Source: Macrostomum hystrix | Lineage: Eukaryota > Animalia > Platyhelminthes | Length of the DNA stretch: 64,000 bases | NCBI GenBank assembly: GCA_950097015.1 | Contig: CATNEN010000011.1 | Coordinates: forward strand, 2,542,001 to 2,606,000 | Direction of reading: 5' to 3' | Part shown: positions 38,330-48,900 of the stretch, piece by piece | Layout: the number at the start of each line of letters is the position of its first letter | Numbering within the stretch: position 1 is the first letter of the stretch | Translations under genes and position numbers: made by a program | The notes under the pieces: model-generated | The model's database searches: none | What the model was told of the DNA's origin: nothing | What the model saw: only the letters and a program-made list of their open reading frames with translations

Positions 38330-39200
38330 CTAGAGATTACAGGTGCTTTATGATGTAATGTTTCAGAGATTACAGGTGTGTAATGATGTGGTAATGTTTC
38401 AGAGATTACAGGTGTGTAATGATGTGGTAATATTTCAGAGATTACAGGTGTTTCATGATGTGGTAATGTTTCAGAGATTACAGGTGTGTAATGATGTGGT
38501 AATGTTTCAGAGATAACAGGTGTGTAATGATGTGGTAATGTTTCAGAGATTACAGGTGTGTCCTGATGTGGTAATATTTCGGAGATTACAGGTGTGTAAT
38601 GATGTGGTAATGTTTCAGAGATTACAGGTGTGTCCTGATGTAGTAATATTTCGGAGATTACAGGTGTGTAATGATGTGGTAATATTTCGGAGATAACAGG
38701 TGTGTAATGATGTGGTAATGTTTCAGAGATTACAGGTGTGTCTTGATGTGGTAATATTTCAGAGATTACAGGTGTGTAATGATGTGGTAATGTTTCAGAG
38801 ATTACAGGTGTGTCCTGATGTGGTAATATTTCGGAGATTACAGGTGTGTAATGATGTGGTAATATTTCGGAGATAACAGGTGTGTAATGATGTGGTAATG
38901 TTTCAGAGATTACAGGTGTGTCTTGATGTGGTAATATTTCAGAGATTACAGGTGTGTAATGATGTGGTAATATTTCAGAGATTACAGGTGTGTAATGATG
39001 TAATATTTCAGATATTACAGGTGTGTAATGATGTGGTAATTTTTTTGAGATTACAGGTGTGTAATGATGTGGTAATATTTCAGTGATTACAGGTGTGTAA
39101 TGATGTGGTAATATTTCAGAGATTACAGGTGTTTCATGATGTGGTAATATTTCAGAGATAGCAGATGCTTAATGATGTAATGATGTTTTAGAGATTACAG
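38330..39200. repeat. 36-bp minisatellite (agagattacaggtgtgtaatgatgtggtaatgtttc)
   Basis: Direct periodicity. Confidence 0.95.
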
Positions 39201-39996
39201 GTGTGTCATTGACAGTGTGGCATGTCAAGTTGTTGTTATGTTTCAGAAAGCATATGACTTAGAAAAGCAGAAACCTGTTCGGGCAAGTTGTCTTGTAAAA
39301 TTTACATCACAAAAATCAGACAGAAAGCAGACAACTAAATACAGTTTTCGTATGTCTAACTATATAGAATTCAGATAATAAAAGTCCAGTTATTGTGGTT
39401 ATTTTTTTCCTAAAATTGTTTGTTTACTAGTAATTGCGCATGCACTAGTAGGTGTGCCATTAAATAGTTTCTGGCCGCATAATATGACAACAAATAATGT
39501 TCTCGTTACTTAATTGTTTCGATACATACTATATACTGTCAAATTTTAGAACGCAACAAATAATTACTTCGTATTTGGATGTTTAAATATGCAAAGAAGA
39601 ACTCATGAAAGTGACTAGAATGTGTTGCACAAGGTTAGACATATCAAAATAGTGTTATCCTATAGAATAGGAGAGGTAAACAGGATCACACAAGTGTGTA
39701 CCAAGGACCCCTACTGTACATACAGAAAACAGTAAACAAGTGGTCTTCCTACGTTAATAAATCTTTCTAGAAACAGTGTCCCGTCCTTCTTCTTCTAGTG
39801 GTCCATGGTGAGTCCATTTGACCAGACTAACTCATTGTCAGGCAGTCCACATCGTTGTTGCACTTAGGGTGTAAGTTAATCCATGGTCTCACCGCACATT
39901 GGCAAAGAACGACTTTGGTGAGAAGGAATTAGGATGAAGGTTCAACATAAGGTCATTGTCTCGATCAATAAACTCTGTCCGAGTGATTCGAGTCTG

Positions 39997-42900
39997 TCAT
40001 CCTTTGAATACATCCGGAGCCGAGAACAGAATGGCGCAGGTTGCGATGACGGTGAAGCAGGAGAACAGGATGAGGCACAGCCGGTCCACAACTCTGGCTG
40101 CGAACTTCCACTCGCTGCTTACTTCACCGTCGGCAACGTCGTCTGAAATTTTCTGCGTTATGATGCGCAACTCGTGCACAATGGACTCCAGGTCGCTGCG
40201 GACACTGCAGGGCTGCTGTTGTAGTAGAAACTGGCCATTCGGATGCTGCTGCTGCTGCTGCTGCTGCTGTTGTTGCTGCACGTCGTCATAAACTGGCGGC
40301 AGTCTGGAAGTGGCCGCCGCAGCCGCGGCTCGGAAATTGTCCTCCAAATCCAGGACGTTCGCCAGCAGCGACTTCGACGATCGTTCGCGCAGTTCCAGCG
40401 GCGCCGCGTGCTCCGCGGCCAGCAGCTCCCGGTGATGCTCGGCGAAACCGGAGGCTGCCGAGGCGCTGGAGCGGAAGGCGCCCATCTTTGAGCCACCGCC
40501 GCCGCCACCTGCGGCGAAACTGCTGCGAGTTCGGCGACGTCGCAATCGTATCGGCTCAGCGTCTTCGTCTCTACGCAGCCGGCGCATGCAGAGAATGCTG
40601 GCCAGATAGGTGCAAATGAACTGACGGACCTGCAGATTGGGTTGGACACAGCACCTGTTAGACAGGAGCCCTACCTGTTAAACAGGATCCCTACCTGTTA
40701 GACAGGAACCCTACCTGTTAGTCAAGCACTCTACTTGTTATACAGGTGTTAGGCTAACGACTAAGTTAAGAATGTCACGTGTTAGACAAGTACTTTTAGT
40801 AATTTTTAGGAGGTGTTTTATTATTGACTCACCCAGTTAGGAATGGGGTGTGATTCAGCATCCCTGTGATGATAATTGAGCACAATGACAGTGAAGACAA
40901 CCGATAAGCTGCACATGATCATTGTGCAAGCAAAGTACATGCCTGAAATTTTCAAAGGATTCGAAATATTTCTTTAATTTGATACCATAGTGATCGATTT
41001 GATAATAAGGCGATAAAATCTGCTTAGTAAAAGTACAATGATGTTCAATTACTAACCAACATTATTCTAGGACACTTTTGTAGGAAAACGCATTTCATGG
41101 TACTTTCAGTAGATGTCCGTTGTTAAATATTAAAACAAGAAAATAATGAAGTTTTAAGATCGTAAATTCAACACGAGTATAGGGAGTGTCTGAAATGGCT
41201 GGTAGGCCATGGTGTCGTGCTTGGCCAGGTACCGCTAGCCAATTAGGACCTCAGAGAACTATGTTACTTAGAAAAGGTTTCGGAGGCTGGCTTCGCTGAA
41301 AACGGCGCTACGGAGATAAACTTATATTTTTGGAAGTTTATTCAAAGCTCTTTTTCTGTGTAACTAACCCAAAATGTTGCTCCGATAAATTTTACAAAGA
41401 TTTCAGCTTTTAAAGTTTATCTTTATACTATCTTATTCTTTACTAACGGTAGGACTACCAAGCCATGTTGCCGCCCGTTTTAATACCAGGTCGAATTCCC
41501 CCCTGAAGTTATTTTTGGCAGCGGCTGAATGGTAACAGCGTTGAGTGGTGTCTAATTGGTTGACAGACTAGCCGATGGTGTCCTGTGGTTGAGCTGAGCC
41601 TAGTATTTAGGTTTGATCAGTGAAATGGGAGACATTCGCGTCAGGGTGTCCATAGTGCCTAGTTCAGTTCCATCTGTTGTAGCCTTTGGAGGTCCAGCAA
41701 ATCCGTCTAGATAAAGGTAGGTGACCACCGAAGACGGAGATGATGCAGGCACATTCGGGTGCCATGCTAATCAATTTTGAAGGCCTGGCAAGGCCGCACT
41801 GAGGCGCAGTGCTAATTCGTGTATAGGGGTGTATGAAATACATAAGCGCTTATAGGAAAAATCTGACCTTAGGCCAGAACGATTGAATGTCTCGACGGTC
41901 TTGAAATAGTTGTTTTTATAAATTAAGCTTGATAAAAAGCTAATACAATCAAATAAAGTCGCGAAATTTGTCCCAGAAAGATCGTGTAAATTTTTTAATT
42001 CCCGTAGTGCATTTTCGGCGAAAATAAACCAGCCTCTTAAACTTTTCTAAGAAACATCGATTTCCCGTTCCGACCAATTTTAAAAAATGCTAAAGCGGAT
42101 TTTGCTCACCGATCACTGGTACAGAGTCTGAGGTAGGCGGCATGGCCTCAGCAACCATCATTAGAAAAACGGTCAACGATAGTAGGATAGTCACACCTGC
42201 GTCGCGTTAACAATCAAAATAATTTTCTACATTTGACCCGTCACAATTTGTTATAATTCCATTAATGAACACCGGAAATTGTGGACCAGCGAGCAAGCGA
42301 CAACAAAAAAACGAAAAAAACAAAAAAACAAAAAAGTAAATACAACACCGAAAATTTCACCTTAATTCTCGCGTGTAAAAATGCATTCCAGCAAGGTTCT
42401 TACCAATGAGAGGCAGAGCCTCAGATGTCTGCGGCATTGCGTCCGCCACGAGCAGTAAAAACATGGTCAGCGATAGCAGAATTGTGACGCCTGCGTCGAA
42501 ATTTAGTTAATTGTGCTTTGTGCGTTGTGCGTTGTGTAATGAGTTCAATTTTATCTTAGCGAAACATTCTGAGGAGGTTCAGTTTCTGGTTTGAGTTTCC
42601 TAGAAACATGCAATTTTTTAAAAATTTCTGCCGTTTTAAAACTCAAGCCCGTTTTTCCTTCTACTGATTCGAGAAAATTTCGCTGTTGCTTCATTCTATC
42701 CCTTATCTAATCTCTCGCCGTTGCTTCATTCTATCCCTTATCAAATCTCTCGCCATTGCTTCATTCTATCCCTTATCAAATCTCTAGCCGTTGCTACATT
42801 CTATCCCTTATCCAATCTCTCGCCGTTGCTACATTCTATCCCTTATCTAATCTCTCGCCGTTGCTTCATTCTATCCCTTATCAAATCTCTCGCCGTTGCT

Positions 42901-45900
42901 TCATTCTATCCCTTATCAAATCTCTCGCCATTGCTTCATTCTATCCCTTATCAAATCTCTAGCCGTTGCTACATTCTATCCCTTATCCAATCTCTCGCCG
43001 TTGCTACATTCTATCCCTTATCTAATCTCTCGCCGTTTCTTCATTCTATCCCTTATCCAATCTCTCGCCGTTGCTTCATTCTATCCCTTATCAAATCTCT
43101 AGCCGTTGCTACATTCTATCCCTTATCCAATCTCTCGCCGTTGCTACATTCTATCCCTTATCTAATCTCTCGCCGTTTCTTCATTCTATCCCTTATCAAA
43201 TCTCTAGCCGTTGCTACATTCTATCCCTTATCCAATCTCTCGCCGTTGCTACATTCTATCCCTTATCTAATCTCTCGCCGTTTCTTCATTCTATCCCTTA
43301 TCAAATCTCTCGCCGTTGCTACATTCTATCCCTTATCTAATCTCTCGCCGTTGCTACACTCTATCCCTTATCAAATCTCTCGCCGTTGCTACATTCTATC
43401 CCTTATCAAATCTCTCGCCGTTGCTACATTCTATCCCTTATCTAATCTCTCGCCGTTGCTACATTCTATCCCTTATCTAATCTCTCGCCGTTGCTACATT
43501 CTATCCCTTATCAAATCTCTCGCCGTTGCTACATTCTATCCCTTATCTAATCTCTCGCCGTTTCTTCATTCTATCCCTTATCAAATCTCTAGCCGTTGCT
43601 ACATTCTATCCCTTATCTAATCTCTCGCCGTTGCTACATTCTATCCCTTATCTAATCTCTCGCCGTTGCTACATTCTATCCCTTATCAAATCTCTCGCCG
43701 TTGCTACATTCTATCCCTTATCTAATCTCTCGCCGTTGCTACATTCTATCCCTTATCAAATCTCTCGCCGTTGCTTCATTCTATCCCTTATCCAATCTCT
43801 CGCCGTTGCTACATTCTATCCCTTATCAAATCTCTCGCCGTTGCTTCATTCTATCCCTTATCAAATCTCTCGCCGTTGCTTCATTTTATCCCTTATCAAA
43901 TCTCTCGCCGTTGATTCATTCTATCCCTTATCAAATCTCTCACCGTTGCTCCATTCTATCCCTTATCCAATCTCTCGCCGTTGTTTTATTATTTTTCTTA
44001 TCCAATCTCTCGCCGTTGCTTTATTATTTTTCTTATCCAATCTCTCGCCGTTGCTTTATTATTTTTCTTATCCAATCTCTCGCCGTTGCTTCATTCTATC
44101 CCTTATCCAATCTCTTCCCGTTGCTTTATTATTTTTCTTATCCAATCTCTCGCCGTTGCTTCATTCTATCCATTATCCAATCCCTCGCCGTGGGATATTT
44201 TCTTTAATTTTTTAGTAAGCTTGGCGCGAAGTTTAAGCTGCAATATCAGCGATCAGTTATAGTCAGTGGATTATATCGAATATGCATTGTATTTTTGGTA
44301 TGATTGCGCATTTAAAAAATATAGTTGTGAAAAAATTCCAGAAGAGGTTGTAGCCTAGTGGTTAGGGCGTCGGACTCACGACTTGAAGGTCGGGGGTTCG
44401 ATTCCCGACTCCACTGGAACAATTTGCGTCCTTTAGCAAGACACTTAACTCTGCATTGCTTCAGTTCACCCAGCTGTTAAATGAGTACCAGCATCAGCTG
44501 GGATAATTGAAGGTGGGTGTGGCGTCCCCCCAGTCCGTGGACTGAACAGCTGTACGCAGCCTTCAGATGCGCCGCGCATTAGCTGCGGCTGTGCTGTCGG
44601 CTGCACATCTGACCCAATTGGGGCAGGTGTAATCAATTATTATCAATTATTATTATTGTATGCAAGCATTGAAATTGGTGATACCAGTTGCTAACTGTTT
44701 TTGTTTTACTGGCCCGTAGATTAAAACAGTCTGGAAAACGATTTACTGTCGCCATTGTTAATATAATTCAAGTAATAACAGCTGGAAAGGGGTAGGCTTA
44801 TATGCTTGATTAATACTCTTTAGGTTTAGTTTATTTATTAAGTCATCGTAGAGTAAAGTCCTAATGAAATTACTGCACTTATCTAATAGATAATGCGACT
44901 ACACGATTTCAAAGAGGCAAAATTTCTGTCTAACAGGTCAGTATCCATATCTAACAGGTCAGTATCCATATCTAACAGGTCAGTTCCCATATCTAACAGG
45001 TCAGTATCCATATCTAGCAGGTCAGAACCCATATCTAACAGGTCAGTATCCATATCTAGAAGGTCAGAACCCATATCTAATAGGTCAGTATCCATATCTA
45101 ACAGGTCAGAACCCATATCTAACAGGTCAGTATCCATATCTAGAAGGTCAGAACCCATATCTAACAGGTCAGTATCCATATCTAACAGGTCAGTATCCAT
45201 ATCTAACAGGTCAGAACCCATATCTAGCAGGTCAGTGTCCATATCTAACAGGTCAGTATCCATATCTAACAGGTCAGTATCCATATCTAACAGGTCAGTG
45301 TCCATATCTAACAGGTCAGAACCCATATCTAGCAGGTCAGTGTCCATATCTAACAGGTCAGAACACATATCTAACAGGTCAGTGTCCATATCTAACAGGT
45401 CAGTGTCCATATCTAACAGGTCAGTATCCATATCTAACAGGTCAGTGTCCATATCTAACAGGTCAGTGTCCATATCTAACAGGTCAGTATCCATATCTAA
45501 CAGGTCAGTATCCATATCTAACAGGTCAGTGTCCATATCTAACAGGTCAGTATCCATATCTAACAGGTCAGTATCCATATCTAACAGGTCAGTATCCATA
45601 TCTAACAGGTCAGTATCCATATCTAACAGGTCAGTGTCCATATCTAACAGGTCAGTATCCATATCTAACAGGTCAGTATCCATATCTAACAGGTCAGCAT
45701 CCATATCTAGCAGGTCAGTATCCATATCTAGCAGGTCAGAACCCATATCTAACAGGTCAGTATCCATATCTAACAGGTCAGAACCCATATCTAGCAGGTC
45801 AGTGTCCATATCTGACTGGTTTTTATGTTCATTATGTTGCGTCATTGCGGTAAATCACAGGCACAATACAACAACCGCCTCACCTAGCGATATCTTCTCT

Positions 45901-48900
45901 CCAGCATCCGGTGGCAGCATGAAAGTTAGCAGGGCCATAGATGAGATCAGAACGCATGGAATGATGAGGTTGAAGCCGTAGTACAGCGTCCTCCGGCGTA
46001 TCTTGATCCAGTACTTCAGATCGACGAATGGAAACGGACAGCAGTCGTACACTAAGGCGGTTCTAATTCCGGGCATTCCTGAGATAAACAAATGTTTTTT
46101 ATCTGCGTAATTTATGATGCACATACAAATTTGACAATTCATTTATTCCAGAAAGTCAGCTTTGACCCCTGTTCCTTCAGGAAGTCCGGTTTCATCCCCT
46201 GTTCCTTCAGGAAGTCTGGTTTCATCCCCTGTTCCTTCAGGAAGTCCGGTTTCATCCCCTGTTCCTTCAGGAAGTCCGGTTTCATCCCCTGTTCCTTCAG
46301 GGAGTCTGGTTTCATCCCCTGTTCCTTCAGGAAGTCTGGTTTCATCCCCTGTTCATTCAGGAAGTCCGGTTTCATCCACTGTTCCTTCAGGAAGTCGGAA
46401 GTCTGGTTTCATCCCCTATTCATTCAGGAAGTCCGGTTTCATCCCCTGTTCCTTCAGGAAGTCTGGTTTCATCCCCTGTTCCTTCAGGAAGTCTGGTTTC
46501 ATCCTCTGTGCCTTCAGGAAGTCGGAAGTCTGGTTTCATCCCCTATTCATTCAGGAAGTCCGGTTTCATCCCCTGTTCCTTCAGGAAGTCTGGTTTCATC
46601 CCCTGTTCATTCAGGAAGTCCGGTTTCATCCCCTGTTCCTTCAGGAAGTCTGCTTTCATCCCCTGTTCATTCAGGAAGTCTGGTTTCATCCCCTGTGCCT
46701 TCAGGAAGTCCGGTTTCATCCCCTGTTCATTCAGGAAGTCCGGTTTCATCCCCTGTTCCTTCAGGAAGTCTGGTTTCATCCCCTGTTCCTTCAGGAAGTC
46801 TGCTTTCATCCCCTGTTCCTTCAGGAAATATGGTTTCATCCCCTGTTCCTTCAGGAAGTCTGGTTTCATTCCCTGTTCCGTCAGGATGTCTGGTTTCATC
46901 TCCTGTTCCTTCAGGAAGTCCGGTTTCATCCCCTGTTCCTTCAGGAAGTCTGCTTTCATCCCCTGTTCCTTCAGGAAGTCCGGTTTCATCCCCTGTTCCT
47001 TCAGGAAGTCCGGTTTCATCCCCTGTTCCTTCAGGAAGTCCGGTTTCATCCCCTGTTCCTTCAGGAAGTCCGGTTTCATCCCCTGTTCCTTCAGGAAGTC
47101 CGGTTTCATCCCCTGTTCCTTCAGGGAGTCTGGTTTCATCCCCTGTTCCTTCAGGAAGTCTGGTTTCATCCCCTGTTCATTCAGGAAGTCCGGTTTCATC
47201 CACTGTTCCTTCAGGAAGTCGGAAGTCTGGTTTCATCCCCTATTCATTCAGGAAGTCCGGTTTCATCCCCTGTTCCGTCAGGATGTCTGGTTTCATCCCC
47301 TGTTCCTTCAGGAAGTCTGGTTTCATTCTTTGTTCCTTCAGGAAGTCTGGTTTCATTCTTTGTTCCTTCAGGAAGTCTGGTTTCATTCTTTGTTCCTTCA
47401 GGAAGTCTGGTTTCATCCCCTGTTCCTTCAGGAAGTCTGGTTTCATCCCCTGTTCCTTCAGGAAGTCTGGTTTCATCCCCTGTTCATTCAGGAAGTCTGG
47501 TTTCATCCCCTGTTCCGTCAGGATGTCTGGTTTCATCCCCTGTGCCTTCAGGAAGTCTGCTTTCATCCCCTGTTCCTTCAGGAAGTCTGGTTTCATTCCC
47601 TGTTCCTTCAGGAAGTCTGCTTTCATCCCCTGTTCCTTCAGGAAGTCTGGTTTCATCCCCTGTTCCTTCAGGAAGTCTGGTTTCATCCCCTGTTCCTTCA
47701 GGAAGTCTGGTTTCATTCCCTGTTCCTTCAGGAAGTCTGCTTTCATCCCCTGTTCCTTCAGGAAGTCTGCTTTCATCCCCTGTTCCTTCAGGAAGTCTGG
47801 TTTCATCCCCTGTTCCTTCAGGAAGTCTGGTTTCATCCCCTGTTCCTTCAGGAAGTCTGCTTTCATTCCCTGTTCCTTCAGGAAGTCTGGTTTCATCCCC
47901 TGTTCCTTCAGGAAGTCTGCTTTCATCCCCTGTTCCTTCAGGAAGTCCGGTTTCATCCCCTGTTCCTTCAGGAAGTCTGGTTTCATCCCCTGTTCCTTCA
48001 GGAAGTCCGGTTTCATCCCCTGTTCCTTCAGGAAGTCTGGTTTCATCCCCTGTTCCTTCAGGAAGTCTGGTTTCATCCCCTGTTCCTTCAGGAAGTCTGG
48101 TTTCATCCCCTGTTCCTTCAGGATGTCTGGTTTCATTCCCTGTTCCTTCAGGAAATATGGTTTCATCCCCTGTTCCTTCAGGAAATGATATTTAAACTGC
48201 GTTTTTTATATTAAAACTAAAATTATCCCTATGTTAATGTTAATTAATGTTATTAACAATTAACAAACGGTTTTCGAATCGATAATCAATACTTCTTCAA
48301 AAGAGTTATCGGTAATATATATAGTGTAATTTGTGTACGGGTGCTGTCTGTGTGCTTGTGTCGTATTTTCATTGATATTCGCTCAGGCGCTTAAGTTGAA
48401 TAATAATTTTGTGTCCTCAAATCGGTGACATTTTTGCTGCTGGAACGCTTTTGTGGTGCGACAAGACCGGAAAAATAATGAATTTTTTCTTTCTTAGAAA
48501 TTTCTGATTCAATTTTTAACAAATTTCGTGCTACGAGTAGTAACATCAAGCAACAATTAACTAATTAAAAGAAATATGTTTAAATATTGACGTATTCTAT
48601 TTAGCAATTTTTCCAGAATAGATGAATATATAAAAATATATGAAAACCATAAAAAAGTAAAAAGACTAACATTTAAGAAAGTAACGAAGTTTTGGAAAAA
48701 GTAACTTTTTTCAATATTTTAAATATTTCACTTATTTCACTTATTTTGTGCAAGCCGTGGAGTATAAAATATTTTACGCATATGCGACAGAAGTAGCTTT
48801 GCTTGCCGTCCATAATTTCCCGACTTTTGTTATAATTAAATCGCTTAATTATAACAAAACAATTTGAAACGAATCTGCCGCATACCAAAGCTAACTTTCT

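Noticed and set aside
42721-44262. Hydrophobic repeat ORFs resembling membrane proteins
   Set aside because: The 35-bp unit is not a multiple of 3, so the same peptide cycles through the frames.
44345-44420. tRNA gene (A/B boxes, CAC anticodon-like loop)
   Set aside because: No proper acceptor stem, and it continues into a shared body and tail in many copies, so it is a SINE head.
44883-48214. ORFs of 300-700 aa ([34 protein letters not shown] repeats)
   Set aside because: Translations of the 21- and 30-bp arrays in nAChR introns, open in several frames, with no codon-position bias in the variants.
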